Of a DNA stretch of 64,000 nucleotides, positions 40,004-50,735 are shown in pieces. Position numbers and translations under genes: made by a program. The notes under the pieces are model-generated. The model was not told where the DNA came from and made no database searches. It worked only from the letters and a program-made list of their open reading frames with translations. The DNA comes from Longimicrobiales bacterium (lineage in GTDB: Bacteria; Gemmatimonadota; Gemmatimonadetes; Longimicrobiales; Gaopeijiaceae): NCBI GenBank assembly GCA_965249725.1, contig CBDFMQ010000002.1, positions 1,408,001 to 1,472,000 on the forward strand, written 5' to 3'. Numbering within the stretch: position 1 is the first letter of the stretch; each line of letters starts with the position of its first letter.

Positions 40004-41447
40004 TTCCTCGGCCGACAATTACGCCCATCCCCTGGGGGAGCGCTACGCCTCCCGTGAGATGCAGGCCATCTTCTCGGCGGCCCACCGCTACGGGACGTGG
40101 CGGTGTCTTTGGTTGGCGTTGGCAGAGGCGCAGCACGAACTAGGCCTTCCCGTGCCGTCGGAGGCATTGGACCAGATGCGGCAAGGGCTAGACGACGTGG
40201 ACCTGGACAAGGCGGCCGAATACGAGAAACGCTTCCGCCATGACGTCATGGCGCATGTGCACCTGTTCGGTGACGTGGCCCCGGACGCCAAGGGTGTCAT
40301 TCACCTGGGGGCCACCAGCGCCTTCATCGGGGACAACACCGACCTGATCCTGCATCGGGAGGCCCTTACGCTCGTCCGGGACCGCATCGTGAAATGCGTC
40401 GCCCACCTCGCCGACTTTGCGGCCACGCACAAGCACCTGCCGACCCTGGGCTACACGCATTTTCAGCCGGCTCAACCGACCACCGTCGGGAAGCGGGCCA
40501 CGCTGTGGCTTCAGGACCTGATGCTCGACATCGAAGAGGTCGAGTTCCGTTTGAAGACCCTTCGTTTCCGAGGGGTGAAAGGCACGACAGGCACTCAGGC
40601 GTCGTTCGTCGAGCTCTTCGACGGAGACACGGCGAAGGTGGACGAGCTCGATCATGCCGTGGCCCACAAGATGGGCTTTACCGAACGCATGGGTGTGACG
40701 GGCCAGACGTACACCCGGAAGGTGGACGCCCAGATCCAGGCCGCCCTGGCCGGTGTCGCGGCTTCGGCGTCAAAGCTGGGGAACGACCTGAGGCTCTTGG
40801 CCCACCTACGCGAAGTCGAAGAGCCCTTCGAGGAAGAGCAGATCGGCTCGTCGGCGATGCCGTACAAGCGCAACCCCATGCGGGCCGAACGCATCTGCGG
40901 CATGGCCCGCCACGTGATCGCGCTCGCGCAGGATCCACAGTACACCGCGGCCACTCAGTGGCTCGAGCGCACGCTCGACGACTCGGCCAACCGCCGGCTC
41001 TCCATACCCGACGCGTTCCTGGCCCTTGACGGCATCCTGGTGCTCGTCGAGAACATCGCGTCGGGACTGGTTGTGAACCCCGGCGTAATCCGCCGGAATC
41101 TGGAGGTCCATCTTCCCTTCATGGCAGCCGAGACGATTCTCATGCACGCATCGTCGGCCGGAGGAGACCGCCAGGAGCTGCACGAACGAATCCGCCGGCA
41201 CTCCATGGAGGCCGCCGGGCGCATGAAGGACCAGGGTGCGGAGGCCGACCTGTTGGAGCGTATCGCCGCGGACGACGCGTTCGGCATGAGCTTGGAAGAC
41301 CTCCGCGAAATCGCCGATCCGACTCGCTTCGTGGGGAGAGCCCCCGAGCAGGTGGATCGCTTCCTGGCCGAGTGGGTACAGCCGGCCTTGGCACGCCTTG
41401 AAGCAGGCGCCAACGAGCGCCTGGGAGAACCAGATGTCCGGGTCTGA
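39996..41447 (+). CDS. purB: Adenylosuccinate lyase
   Basis: RHDVMAH, GYTHFQPAQ, SSAMPYKRNP. Confidence 0.96.
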   Translation: MADSSADNYAHPLGERYASREMQAIFSAAHRYGTWRCLWLALAEAQHELGLPVPSEALDQMRQGLDDVDLDKAAEYEKRFRHDVMAHVHLFGDVAPDAKGVIHLGATSAFIGDNTDLILHREALTLVRDRIVKCVAHLADFAATHKHLPTLGYTHFQPAQPTTVGKRATLWLQDLMLDIEEVEFRLKTLRFRGVKGTTGTQASFVELFDGDTAKVDELDHAVAHKMGFTERMGVTGQTYTRKVDAQIQAALAGVAASASKLGNDLRLLAHLREVEEPFEEEQIGSSAMPYKRNPMRAERICGMARHVIALAQDPQYTAATQWLERTLDDSANRRLSIPDAFLALDGILVLVENIASGLVVNPGVIRRNLEVHLPFMAAETILMHASSAGGDRQELHERIRRHSMEAAGRMKDQGAEADLLERIAADDAFGMSLEDLREIADPTRFVGRAPEQVDRFLAEWVQPALARLEAGANERLGEPDVRV

Positions 41448-42372
41448 CGCAATGGCCGTTTCGCAATCACAAGTACCGCTACCCCTCCTTCACCAGGGGA
41501 AAGTCCGCGACGTATACGACGCCGGAGAAGGCCTGCTCTTGATGGTAGCGAGCGACCGTGTCAGCGCGTTCGACGTGATCCTTCCCCAGCCGATTCCCCG
41601 CAAGGGAGAGGTGCTCACGCAGCTCACGGCCTGGTGGATGGACACGCTCAGGGACCAGCTCGACCATCACCTGATCAGCGTGGACCCGGACGAGATCGAG
41701 GAGCGGGTGCCGGCATTGGCCGGTTCACGCGAGACGTGGGCCGCCCGCAGCATGCTCGTGCATCGCACGGAGCCCGTGCTCGTCGAGTGTGTCGTCCGCG
41801 GCTACATCTCCGGATCCGCCTGGAAGGAGTACGGCAAGTCCGGCACGCTGGCCGGTGAGCCACTCCCCGAAGGCCTGGTCGAGAGCGGCCGGCTCGAACA
41901 GCCCGTCTTCTCACCGGCGACCAAAGCTCAGACGGGGCACGACGAGAACATCCCGTTTTCAGGTGTCGTGGAGCGGTTGGGTGAAGAGGTCGCAAACCGT
42001 CTGAGAGATCTGTCCTTCCTCATCTACGGCCATGGTGTGAAATTGGCCGAGGAGAGAGGGATCATTCTGGCGGACACCAAGTTCGAGTTCGGATACCATC
42101 CCGATGGGCGGCTGCTCCTCATCGACGAGGTGCTGACGCCGGATTCGTCGCGATTCTGGCCGGCCGATCGGTACGTGGCAGGGCAGAGCCAGCAGTCCCT
42201 GGACAAGCAGCCGGTGCGGGACTTCCTGGACGGACTCGACTGGGATAAGTCGCCGCCACCGCCGGACTTACCGGACCACGTGGTCGATGCCACTTCAACG
42301 AGATATCTGGAAATCTTCCGGCGCTTGACCGGAACAGAGCTCAATGCATTCGAGCCCCCTCACTTCGGCTGA
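41434..42372 (+). CDS. purC: SAICAR synthase
   Basis: GKVRDVY, SDRVSAFD, ADTKFEFG, DEVLTPDSSRFW. Confidence 0.96.
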   Translation: MSGSDAMAVSQSQVPLPLLHQGKVRDVYDAGEGLLLMVASDRVSAFDVILPQPIPRKGEVLTQLTAWWMDTLRDQLDHHLISVDPDEIEERVPALAGSRETWAARSMLVHRTEPVLVECVVRGYISGSAWKEYGKSGTLAGEPLPEGLVESGRLEQPVFSPATKAQTGHDENIPFSGVVERLGEEVANRLRDLSFLIYGHGVKLAEERGIILADTKFEFGYHPDGRLLLIDEVLTPDSSRFWPADRYVAGQSQQSLDKQPVRDFLDGLDWDKSPPPPDLPDHVVDATSTRYLEIFRRLTGTELNAFEPPHFG

Positions 42373-42396
42373 CTGCCGGAGGATCGAAAGAACCGC

Positions 42397-43128
42397 ATGA
42401 GGTTCGCGCGGGAAGGCTATCCGTTCATGCTGGCAGGATCGCTCCTGGCGGCGCTGGCGTGGACCGCCGTTCCCTTCTCGGGCAGCTGGGCGACCATCGT
42501 GGCCGGGCCGTTCACAGTGCTCGCGGCCTTCGTCTTCTATTTCTTCCGGGATCCGGAACGGTTGATCCCCACGGGTGACGGTCTCGTCATCGCCCCTGGA
42601 GATGGGAAGATCATCGACATTCGCGAAGTCGACGAGCCGTCCTTCTTCGAGGGTCGCTGCCGGCGCATCACCATCTTCCTCAGCGTGTTCAACGTCCACG
42701 TGCAACGAGCGCCGGTCTCCGGCAGCATCGAACATCGGGAGTATCGCCCCGGGAAGTATGCCGTGGCTTGGCACCCCAAGGCGAGCGAGTCGAACGAGCA
42801 GGCGTCACTCGGGTTCACTACTCCGAAGGGTCGGGTCCTGGTGCGGCAGATCGCGGGCCTGATCGCTCGTCGGATCGTCACCTACCCCGAGCGCGGGGAC
42901 CAGGTGCAGATCGGGGGCCGGATCGGGTTGATCCGGTTCGGCTCCAGGGTCGACCTGTTCATCCCGCTCGACTGGCCCCTCGCGTGCGACGTAGGAGACA
43001 AGGCCGTAGGGGGCAGGACCGTGTTCGCGCACATCGCGAGTCCGGAAGACTCCGTGACCGAGGCCCAACTGAAGATACACAACAGGTTAGCGCACCCGTT
43101 GACGCATCCGTTGACGCATCTGAGGTGA
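42397..43128 (+). CDS. psd: Phosphatidylserine decarboxylase proenzyme
   Basis: FFRDPER, FLSVFNVHV, RFGSRVD (pyruvoyl GS site). Confidence 0.93.
   Translation: MRFAREGYPFMLAGSLLAALAWTAVPFSGSWATIVAGPFTVLAAFVFYFFRDPERLIPTGDGLVIAPGDGKIIDIREVDEPSFFEGRCRRITIFLSVFNVHVQRAPVSGSIEHREYRPGKYAVAWHPKASESNEQASLGFTTPKGRVLVRQIAGLIARRIVTYPERGDQVQIGGRIGLIRFGSRVDLFIPLDWPLACDVGDKAVGGRTVFAHIASPEDSVTEAQLKIHNRLAHPLTHPLTHLR
43086..43121. repeat. 12-bp tandem repeat (GTTGACGCATCC) x3 in the psd 3' end
   Basis: Encodes LAHP-LTHP-LTHL just before the stop. Confidence 0.75.
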
Positions 43129-43132
43129 ACGC

Positions 43133-44014
43133 ATGATCGACCGCCCGAGGCCCGCTACGCGACTCCAGAGGGGGATCATCATCCTCCCCTCGGCCTTCAC
43201 GATGGCCAACCTGTTCTTCGGGTTTTACGCCATCGTGGCCGCCACCCGCGGCGACTTCGCGTGGGCCGGGTGGTTCATCGTCTGGGCTGCCGTCACAGAC
43301 CTCTTGGACGGTCGCATCGCTCGCTTCACCCGTACCGGATCTGCCTTCGGAGGGGAGCTCGACTCCCTGGTGGACGCCATCTCGTTCGGGGTGGCGCCGG
43401 CCTTCATCATGTATACGCTCTACTTCTCGGACGGGAACTGGAGCTGGGTCCTCCCACTCGTGTACGTGATGGCCGTGGTCGTCCGCCTGGCCCGCTTCAA
43501 CGTGGAACAGGGCGGAGAGGCCAAGACCCACTTCCACGGGCTACCATCCCCCACCCCGGGCATGATCCTGGCGACGTTTTATCCGTTCAGCCAGACGCCG
43601 TTCTTCGAGACCTATCTGTCGAGCATGCCGTGGCCGCGCATCATGGGCATTCTGCTCATCGTTCTGGGCGCCCTCATGCTGAGCAACATCCCGTACGCAC
43701 TGGTGCCGAAGATCGGGCTCAGGTCGAGGAAGGGTGTCCTGACCCTGCTGTGGCTTTTCGGAAACGTCCTCGTCGCCATCGCGTTTCCGGCCTACTACTT
43801 CTTCCCCATGCTCCTCGCCTACACGATGTGGGGGCTCATGGGGTCGGTGATCCACGGACTGCTGGAGCGACTGCCGGAGCGAGACCCGCTCCTCGACGTA
43901 CTCGACGACGCCGGCGCCGAAGTCCGGGCTCTGGACTACGGAGAGCTGGCTCCGAAGCGGTACCAGCAAAGCCCTACACACCTGCAACCCCCTGAAACGG
44001 AGAGCGAAACGTGA
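43133..44014 (+). CDS. pssA: CDP-diacylglycerol--serine O-phosphatidyltransferase
   Basis: DLLDGRIAR...FGGELDSLVD, RLARFN, FHGLPSP. Confidence 0.93.
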   Translation: MIDRPRPATRLQRGIIILPSAFTMANLFFGFYAIVAATRGDFAWAGWFIVWAAVTDLLDGRIARFTRTGSAFGGELDSLVDAISFGVAPAFIMYTLYFSDGNWSWVLPLVYVMAVVVRLARFNVEQGGEAKTHFHGLPSPTPGMILATFYPFSQTPFFETYLSSMPWPRIMGILLIVLGALMLSNIPYALVPKIGLRSRKGVLTLLWLFGNVLVAIAFPAYYFFPMLLAYTMWGLMGSVIHGLLERLPERDPLLDVLDDAGAEVRALDYGELAPKRYQQSPTHLQPPETESET

Positions 44015-44286
44015 CGCGTTTTCGCTTGGAGATTCGAGTGATCCCCCGCCCCGGCCTGCTGGACCCCGAGGGCAAAGCCATCCAACACGCACTGCAATCC
44101 CTGGATTATGAAGGCATCGAGGACGTACGGGTCGGGAAGATCTTGTATGTAGACATGGAGGCGGCCTCTGCCGACCAGGCTCGCGAACGTGGGGAGGCCA
44201 TGTGCCTGAGGCTGCTGGCCAACCCCGTAACCGAGAACTTCGAGATCGATGTCGATGAGTCCGCCGCAGCGGAGATGCCCGCATGA
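44011..44286 (+). CDS. purS: FGAM synthase subunit PurS
   Basis: [21 protein letters not shown]. Confidence 0.95.
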   Translation: MTRFRLEIRVIPRPGLLDPEGKAIQHALQSLDYEGIEDVRVGKILYVDMEAASADQARERGEAMCLRLLANPVTENFEIDVDESAAAEMPA

Positions 44287-44984
44287 AGGTCGCGATCATC
44301 ACGTTCCCCGGCTCGAACTGCGACTACGACCTCTACAAGTGCATCCAGTTGGTCGGCGGCAGTCCGAGCTTCGTATGGCACCGAGAGGTGGAGATCGGCG
44401 AAGTCGACGCGGTCATGCTCCCGGGAGGGTTCTCGTACGGGGATTACCTCCGAGCCGGAGCCATCGCCACGATGAGCCCCGTCATGGACGCGGTTAAGGC
44501 CTTTGCGGCATCGGGTGGTCCGGTCCTGGGTATCTGCAACGGCTTCCAGATGCTGTGCGAGGCGGGGCTCCTTCCCGGTGCCTTACTGCGCAACGACTCG
44601 CTGCTGTTCGCGAGCCAAGATGTCCTCCTCCGTGTCGAGAACGACGCCACCATCTTCACGCAGGACTACGTCGCCGGGCAGATCCTGCGCATGCCCATCG
44701 CGCACGCCGAGGGGAACTACTACGCAGACCAGGAGACGCTGGACCGCCTGGAGGGTGACGGTCGTGTCCTCTTCCGCTATGTGGACGCCTCGGGTGAAAC
44801 GACCGCCTGGGCGAACCCGAACGGTTCTGCAGGCAGCATAGCTGGGATCATCAATGACGAAGGCAACGTCATGGGCATGATGCCACACCCCGAACGAGCC
44901 GTAGAAACCATTCTCGGCTCGGTAGACGGTCTGGGCCTCTTTGCGGCCCTGCTGTCCCATCTGTCACCCGTGGGAACGACCTGA
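44283..44984 (+). CDS. purQ: FGAM synthase subunit PurQ
   Basis: [30 protein letters not shown]. Confidence 0.96.
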   Translation: MKVAIITFPGSNCDYDLYKCIQLVGGSPSFVWHREVEIGEVDAVMLPGGFSYGDYLRAGAIATMSPVMDAVKAFAASGGPVLGICNGFQMLCEAGLLPGALLRNDSLLFASQDVLLRVENDATIFTQDYVAGQILRMPIAHAEGNYYADQETLDRLEGDGRVLFRYVDASGETTAWANPNGSAGSIAGIINDEGNVMGMMPHPERAVETILGSVDGLGLFAALLSHLSPVGTT

Positions 44985-45029
44985 GCGTGACTGTCCCCCA
45001 ACCCATTACCCAACGGACTCAGCCGAATC

Positions 45030-47330
45030 TTGAGCGATAGACCGGAGCAAAGCGGCAGCACGCCGGGGTCGACCCTGGCACCCCGCGAAGGTGATCCACC
45101 CATCACGCCAGAGCTCGTCGATGACCATGGTCTCTCCCCCTCGGAGTACGACCGGGTCCTGAAGATCCTGGGACGAGAGCCCACCTACACAGAGCTGGGC
45201 GTCTTCAGCGCCATGTGGTCGGAGCACTGTGGATACAAGAACTCCAAGCGTCTCCTACGCCTGCTGCCCACGGAAGCGCCGTGGGTGATCCAGGGCCCCG
45301 GCGAGAACGCCGGCGTCATCGACGTGGGCGACGGACTGGCCTTGGCCTTCAAGATCGAGTCGCACAACCACCCCTCGGCCGTGGAGCCCTACCAGGGTGC
45401 CGCAACGGGGGTCGGAGGCATCCTGCGGGACGTCTTCACCATGGGGGCTCGGCCGATCGCCGTCCTGGACTCCCTCCGCTTCGGCAATCTCGACGGCGGC
45501 CGGGTGCGCTATCTGTTCTCGGGTGTGGTGAAAGGGGTCGGGGACTACGGCAACTGCGTGGGCATCCCGAACATCGGCGGAGAGACCTTCTTCGACGAGG
45601 GCTACGAGGGGAACCCCATCGTGAACGCCATGTGCCTCGGCCTCATGAAGGCCGGGGACCTGATCAAAGGTGAGGCGGAAGGGGTCGGCAACCCGCTCAT
45701 GGCGGTCGGTGCTAGAACCGGCCGCGACGGGATCCACGGGGCCACTTTCGCATCAGAGGAACTCAGCGAGGACTCCGAGGCGAGCCGTCCGAGGGTCCAG
45801 GTAGGCGACCCCTTCACGGAGAAGCTGCTGCTGGAAGCGAGCCTGGAACTCATCCAGAGCGGCCACATCACCGGAATTCAGGACATGGGCGCCGCCGGGA
45901 TCACCTCGAGCGCCTCGGAGATGGCCGGCCGCTCCGGGAACGGCGTGGAGATCGACATGGACCGCGTGCCCGTGCGGGAACCGGGCATGACGCCCTATGA
46001 GATCCTCCTCTCAGAATCGCAGGAGCGCATGCTCGTCGTGGCCAAAGTCGGACACGAAGAGGGTGTGAAGGAGATCCTGAACAAGTGGGAGCTCGAGGCC
46101 GAAGAGATCGGAGTGGTCACCGACGACGGGCTCTTCAGGGTGATGGAGGGCGGGCGGGCCGTGGCCGAGATCCCCTCCCTGCCGCTCACGGAAGGGTGTC
46201 CTACGTACGAGCGGGAGGGCATCGAGTCCGAGGAGGTGAAAGAACTGCGCTGTATGGACCTATCGCGGTTCCGAGAGGCCGACTCGGACCAGACTGACGC
46301 GTTCCTGAAGCTCATAGGGTCGCCCAACATCGCCTCGAAACGGTGGGTGTACCGACAGTACGACACGACGGTCCGGACGGGCACGGCCATCCGCCCGGGC
46401 GCAGATGCCGGTGTGGTACGTCTCAGGGGCACGACGAAGGCCATAGCGGCCACGACGGACTGCAATGGACGGTACGTGTACCTGAACCCCCGTACGGGCG
46501 CCATGGCGGCCGTTGCGGAGGCGGCGAGGAACCTGGTGTGCGTCGGGGCTCTGCCTACGGCCATCACCAACAACCTGAACTTCGGAAGCCCGCTCAAACC
46601 CCATATCTACCACCAATTCCGAGAGGCGGTGTTGGGCATGGCCGAGGCGTGCAAGCTCTTCGAGACGCCGGTCACCGGAGGCAACGTCTCCTTCTACAAC
46701 GAGACGGACGGCGTGGCCATCTATCCGACCCCGGTCATCGGAATGGTCGGAATCGTCGAGGATGTGGCACACCTGACGAACGCATCGTTCAGGGACGAAG
46801 GGGACGCCATCATCCTTCTGGGTGACAACACGGACGAGCTGGGGGCCTCCGAGTACCTCTATGTAGTGGAAAGCCTGGTCGCAGGTGAACCGCCTTCGGT
46901 CGACCTCCTGGCTGAGCGCCGGCTTCAGCACGCCGTGCTGGCCATGATCCAGAAGGGCCTGCTGCAGTCGGCCCACGACGTCTCCGAGGGCGGCCTGGCC
47001 TGCGCCCTGGCCGAGAGCGCGCTCGGGCGGGGCGGCTCCCCCATGGGTGTACACGTAACGCTGCACGACGCCATCTCCCCTCTACCCCTCCTCTTCGGTG
47101 AGGCGCAAGGGCGGGTGATCGTCTCGTGCGATGCCCGTTCGGTGGACGACGCTCTGCGCATCGCCAAGAAGCACGGGGTGCCCTGTCGCCAGATCGGTCA
47201 GGTGGTAGCGGCGGACGAGGGATTCCGAGTGGAAGGACGTAGCGTAACGCTCGAGGTCGACGTAGAGACTATATCAGACCTATTCTTCGGTGCGATTCCT
47301 CGTTTGATGGATGGAGCTAGCCAGACGTGA
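45030..47330 (+). CDS. purL: FGAM synthase subunit PurL
   Basis: [37 protein letters not shown]. Confidence 0.97.
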   Translation: MSDRPEQSGSTPGSTLAPREGDPPITPELVDDHGLSPSEYDRVLKILGREPTYTELGVFSAMWSEHCGYKNSKRLLRLLPTEAPWVIQGPGENAGVIDVGDGLALAFKIESHNHPSAVEPYQGAATGVGGILRDVFTMGARPIAVLDSLRFGNLDGGRVRYLFSGVVKGVGDYGNCVGIPNIGGETFFDEGYEGNPIVNAMCLGLMKAGDLIKGEAEGVGNPLMAVGARTGRDGIHGATFASEELSEDSEASRPRVQVGDPFTEKLLLEASLELIQSGHITGIQDMGAAGITSSASEMAGRSGNGVEIDMDRVPVREPGMTPYEILLSESQERMLVVAKVGHEEGVKEILNKWELEAEEIGVVTDDGLFRVMEGGRAVAEIPSLPLTEGCPTYEREGIESEEVKELRCMDLSRFREADSDQTDAFLKLIGSPNIASKRWVYRQYDTTVRTGTAIRPGADAGVVRLRGTTKAIAATTDCNGRYVYLNPRTGAMAAVAEAARNLVCVGALPTAITNNLNFGSPLKPHIYHQFREAVLGMAEACKLFETPVTGGNVSFYNETDGVAIYPTPVIGMVGIVEDVAHLTNASFRDEGDAIILLGDNTDELGASEYLYVVESLVAGEPPSVDLLAERRLQHAVLAMIQKGLLQSAHDVSEGGLACALAESALGRGGSPMGVHVTLHDAISPLPLLFGEAQGRVIVSCDARSVDDALRIAKKHGVPCRQIGQVVAADEGFRVEGRSVTLEVDVETISDLFFGAIPRLMDGASQT

Positions 47331-48790
47331 CCCCCAAGCCACTCCCCATCGTCGGTCGGCCTCAGGATATCCTCGTGTCGGAGCTCGATGAAGGGCCCCG
47401 AGAAGAGTGCGGAGTGGTGGGCATCAGCGGCATCGAAGGTGCGGCTGAACTCGCCTTCTTGGGGCTCTACGCTCTGCAGCACCGGGGCCAGGAGTCCGCG
47501 GGCATCTGCGCCATCCAAGACGGGGAGGCCCGCCTCTACAAGGCGGTCGGGCTCGTCGGTGACGTGTTCAACGCCGAAGCCCTCATCAAGCTGCCGGGTC
47601 GCACCTCGCTCGGGCATGTCCGGTACTCCACCGCGGGGGGTAGCCGGGCGCTCAACGCCCAGCCGATCGTGGTCCGGTACGCCGAAGGCGACCTGGGAGT
47701 CGCCCACAACGGCAACCTGACGAACGCCCACGACCTGAAGAAGCAGCTGGTCAGTGAGGGCGCGATCTTCCAAACCACGTCGGACTCAGAAGTCATCATC
47801 CACCTCATCGCGCGCTCCCGACACGACACCATCGATGCCCAGGTGGACGAAGCTCTCAACCGGCTGGAGGGCGCCTTCTCGCTGGCAATCACGGTCGGAG
47901 AGACTCTGTACGCCGTGAGGGATCCCCGTGGATACCGTCCTTTGGTTCTCGGCAAGCGGGACGGTGGACATATCGTGGCCAGCGAGACCTGCGCCCTGGA
48001 CATTCTCGATGCCGAGTACGTGCGGGACATCGGCCCGGGAGAGGTCCTCAAGATCGAGGGCGGCGTCGTACAGAATCTCCCCAGCCTCTCGCCGGCCCAG
48101 GAACAGGCCCCATGCATCTTCGAGCTGGTGTACTTCGCTCGGCCCGACTCGCGTCTCTGGACTATTTCGGTCGATGGCGCCCGGCGCGGATTCGGCCGTC
48201 AGCTGGCCGAGGAGTACCCTGTAGAGGCCGACGCCGTCATCGCCGTACCGGACAGCGCAAATTCGGCTGCCCTGGGCTACAGCGAGGCTAGCGGGATTCC
48301 GTACGAACTGGGCCTCCTTCGGAATCACTACGTGGGTCGGACCTTCATCAAGCCGTCCCAGGCGGATCGGGACTTCGGCGCCCGCATGAAGTACAACCCC
48401 GTCCGCGAGGTTCTCGAGGGTAAGCGCGTCATTGTGGTCGATGACTCCCTCGTCCGGGGAACGACGAGCAAGAGCCTGGTGAAATTCATCCGCAAGGCGG
48501 GCGCCGCGGAGGTACATCTCCGCATCGCCAGTCCTCCCGTGCGGTTCCCGTGCTTTTACGGAATCGACATGCCCAGCCGCGAGGAGCTCATCGGCTCACA
48601 GATGAGCCCACCCGAGATCGCCGAAACGCTCGGAGTGGACTCCCTGGGTTATCTGTCACTGGACGGGATGCTCTCCGTGGTTTCCGAGCACGGGTCCTTC
48701 TGCGACGCGTGCTTCTCCGGCAACTACGCCGCGCCGCTGGTCGACGTGGACAAGGGCTACGTACCGGGGAACCACCCCATCAACTGCTAG
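47327..48790 (+). CDS. purF: Amidophosphoribosyltransferase (propeptide and Fe-S type)
   Basis: [23 protein letters not shown]; Fe-S cysteines PCIFE, PCFYG, FCDAC. Confidence 0.96.
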   Translation: MTPKPLPIVGRPQDILVSELDEGPREECGVVGISGIEGAAELAFLGLYALQHRGQESAGICAIQDGEARLYKAVGLVGDVFNAEALIKLPGRTSLGHVRYSTAGGSRALNAQPIVVRYAEGDLGVAHNGNLTNAHDLKKQLVSEGAIFQTTSDSEVIIHLIARSRHDTIDAQVDEALNRLEGAFSLAITVGETLYAVRDPRGYRPLVLGKRDGGHIVASETCALDILDAEYVRDIGPGEVLKIEGGVVQNLPSLSPAQEQAPCIFELVYFARPDSRLWTISVDGARRGFGRQLAEEYPVEADAVIAVPDSANSAALGYSEASGIPYELGLLRNHYVGRTFIKPSQADRDFGARMKYNPVREVLEGKRVIVVDDSLVRGTTSKSLVKFIRKAGAAEVHLRIASPPVRFPCFYGIDMPSREELIGSQMSPPEIAETLGVDSLGYLSLDGMLSVVSEHGSFCDACFSGNYAAPLVDVDKGYVPGNHPINC

Positions 48791-48952
48791 TGTCCTGTCC
48801 CAGAAATACGCTGGCATTCGTGAACCGCTGCATCCACCCTGGCCGCGTTGTTCCTCCTCGAAATAGCCCTGCTATTCCTCGTCGTCTCGCCTTCCCAGGG
48901 CGGCGCGTCGGTCCCCTCGGTGCGTCACCGTATTTCTGGGACGGGACACCAG
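48787..48952. mobile_element. MITE-like miniature inverted-repeat element (~160 bp)
   Basis: GTGTCCTGTCCCAGAAATACG (48790-48810) and CGTATTTCTGGGACGGGACAC (48929-48949) match 20/21 as inverted repeats; flanked by CTAG and CCAG; nested internal inverted repeats; no transposase. Confidence 0.8.
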
Positions 48953-48953
48953 A

Positions 48954-50015
48954 GTGAAGGTCACGCGAGATCTCCTGGAGCGGCTGCCCAAGACCGAGCT
49001 CCACGTTCACCTGGACGGCAGTCTTCGTCCTCAAACGCTGATCGAGCTCGGTGAGCACTACAAGAGGCCCGTCCCCAGCAACGACCCCACCGAATTGGCC
49101 GAGAAGATGCGGGCCGGAGACACTCGCAACCTCGAGGAGTACCTCGCCAAGTTCGAAACCACCTTGTCCGTCCTGCAGCACGCAGACGCACTGGAGCGGG
49201 TGGCCTTCGAGCTGGCCGAGGACAACGCCCGGGAGAACGTCCGGTACGTCGAGGTCCGCTACTCCCCCATCCTCCATACGCGGGAAGGGCTGCCGCTCAC
49301 GGAGGCCGTCGAAGCCCCGATCAGGGGCCTGGTCCGAGCCCAGGAGCAGTACGGCATCAAGACCGGACTGATCGTCTGTGGGATTCGCAACATGGATGTG
49401 GGTACCTCTCGCGATCTAGCCGATCTCACGGTGGCCTTCAAAGGCCGGGGCGTCGTCGCCTTCGACCTGGCCGGAGCCGAGTACAACTACCCGGCCAAGA
49501 AGCACCGGGACGCGTTCTTCACGGTGATCAACCGCAACATGGCCACCACCATCCATGCAGGTGAGGCCTACGGCCCCGAGTCGATCCACCAGGCGCTGCA
49601 CTACTGCAGGGCCAACCGTATCGGCCATGGGACGCGGCTGTACGAGGACCCAGACCTCATGCAGTTCGTGAACGACTTCCGTGTGCCTCTCGAGATCTGT
49701 TTGACGTCGAATGTGCAGACGCGGGCGGTGGCGTCATACGAGGAACATCCCTTGCGTCAGTACTACGATGCCGAGTTGGTAGTGACGCTCAATACGGACA
49801 ACCGGCTGATGTCGGGCACTACGGTGACTGACGAGTACTGGAAGGCGCATGAGCACCTGGGGTTTACGTGGGAAGAGCTCAAGAGGGTGGCCCGCATGGG
49901 GTTCGAGGCGGCGTTTCTGCATCGGGGGGAGAAGGATCGGCTGATCACCGCGGTGGAGAGGGAGATCGCGGGGCTCAAGATGCCGGCAGACCCTGATTCA
50001 CGCTCCGAGCGATAA
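48954..50015 (+). CDS. add: Adenosine deaminase
   Basis: PKTELHVHLDGS, FDLAGAE, HAGE, RIGHG, NTDN. Confidence 0.95.
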   Translation: MKVTRDLLERLPKTELHVHLDGSLRPQTLIELGEHYKRPVPSNDPTELAEKMRAGDTRNLEEYLAKFETTLSVLQHADALERVAFELAEDNARENVRYVEVRYSPILHTREGLPLTEAVEAPIRGLVRAQEQYGIKTGLIVCGIRNMDVGTSRDLADLTVAFKGRGVVAFDLAGAEYNYPAKKHRDAFFTVINRNMATTIHAGEAYGPESIHQALHYCRANRIGHGTRLYEDPDLMQFVNDFRVPLEICLTSNVQTRAVASYEEHPLRQYYDAELVVTLNTDNRLMSGTTVTDEYWKAHEHLGFTWEELKRVARMGFEAAFLHRGEKDRLITAVEREIAGLKMPADPDSRSER

Positions 50016-50050
50016 GCCCCGTGTATGTCTAGAACGTAGGAGCGTCAGGA

Positions 50051-50263
50051 TCAGGCGAGCCGCAGGCGCCGTCCCTTCGGTGTGGGGACGGGGCGGTCGA
50101 ACTCCCTCGCCGTAGCCAGCCAGAGGTCGATCGCTTCCTGACAGTTCGCCAGGGCTTCGTTCGGGGAAGCGCCATGCGCCATGCAGCCGGTAAGCTCGGG
50201 GACCTCCGCGACAAAGGCGTGGTCATCGTCACTCCAGAAGATGATAATCTCGTACTTGTGCAT
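50051..50263 (-). CDS. hicB: HicB family antitoxin (short, no DNA-binding domain)
   Basis: FVAEVPELTGCMAHGASPNEAL...RPVPTPKGR; follows hicA with a 1-nt overlap. Confidence 0.9.
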   Translation of the reverse strand: MHKYEIIIFWSDDDHAFVAEVPELTGCMAHGASPNEALANCQEAIDLWLATAREFDRPVPTPKGRRLRLA

Positions 50264-50517
50264 CAGGCCTCACCTCCTATCTCGTGGCGCGTCAGGATGG
50301 TGCGCACTTGCCTGACCTGGTACGGCCTCGCCTCGGCACCCTCGCGCTGGAGATTGATCAACTCCTCGACGCCCTGCCGCACGAAGATATGGTGACTCCC
50401 TCGAATGCGCTCCTCGAACCCGAGCTTTATCAACAAGTTCCGTAGATCTTGGAAGCGGATACTCGCATCCGACTCACCGGACAGGATGTGCCTGATCAAC
50501 TTCTCGCTCCTGACCAT
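50263..50517 (-). CDS. hicA: HicA family toxin
   Basis: LGFEERIRGSHHIF, INLQ, ARPYQVRQV; GAGG RBS. Confidence 0.9.
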   Translation of the reverse strand: MVRSEKLIRHILSGESDASIRFQDLRNLLIKLGFEERIRGSHHIFVRQGVEELINLQREGAEARPYQVRQVRTILTRHEIGGEA

Positions 50518-50659
50518 TCCTCATCCTCGACGACGTGAACGTGTATTGCCGGTTGCCACCGGGTGCCCCTTCTCCGGCGAGCCAGACACCGAGGAGAAGC
50601 CTATGTCGGCCACCACGGTGACCGAGGAGTAGGGCCCGCAATCGCCGATCATCAGGTCC

Positions 50660-50695
50660 AAAGAAAACCCCCGCCCGGCCGAAGCCGAGCGGGGG
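50660..50695 (-). terminator. Intrinsic terminator of the large surface-protein gene
   Basis: CCCCCGCTCGGC-TTCG-GCCGGGCGGGGG-TTTTCTTT on the minus strand. Confidence 0.9.
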
Positions 50696-50735
50696 CACAT
50701 GCCCTACCGAAGTAGGAGCTTGGTGTTTCTCGGTA

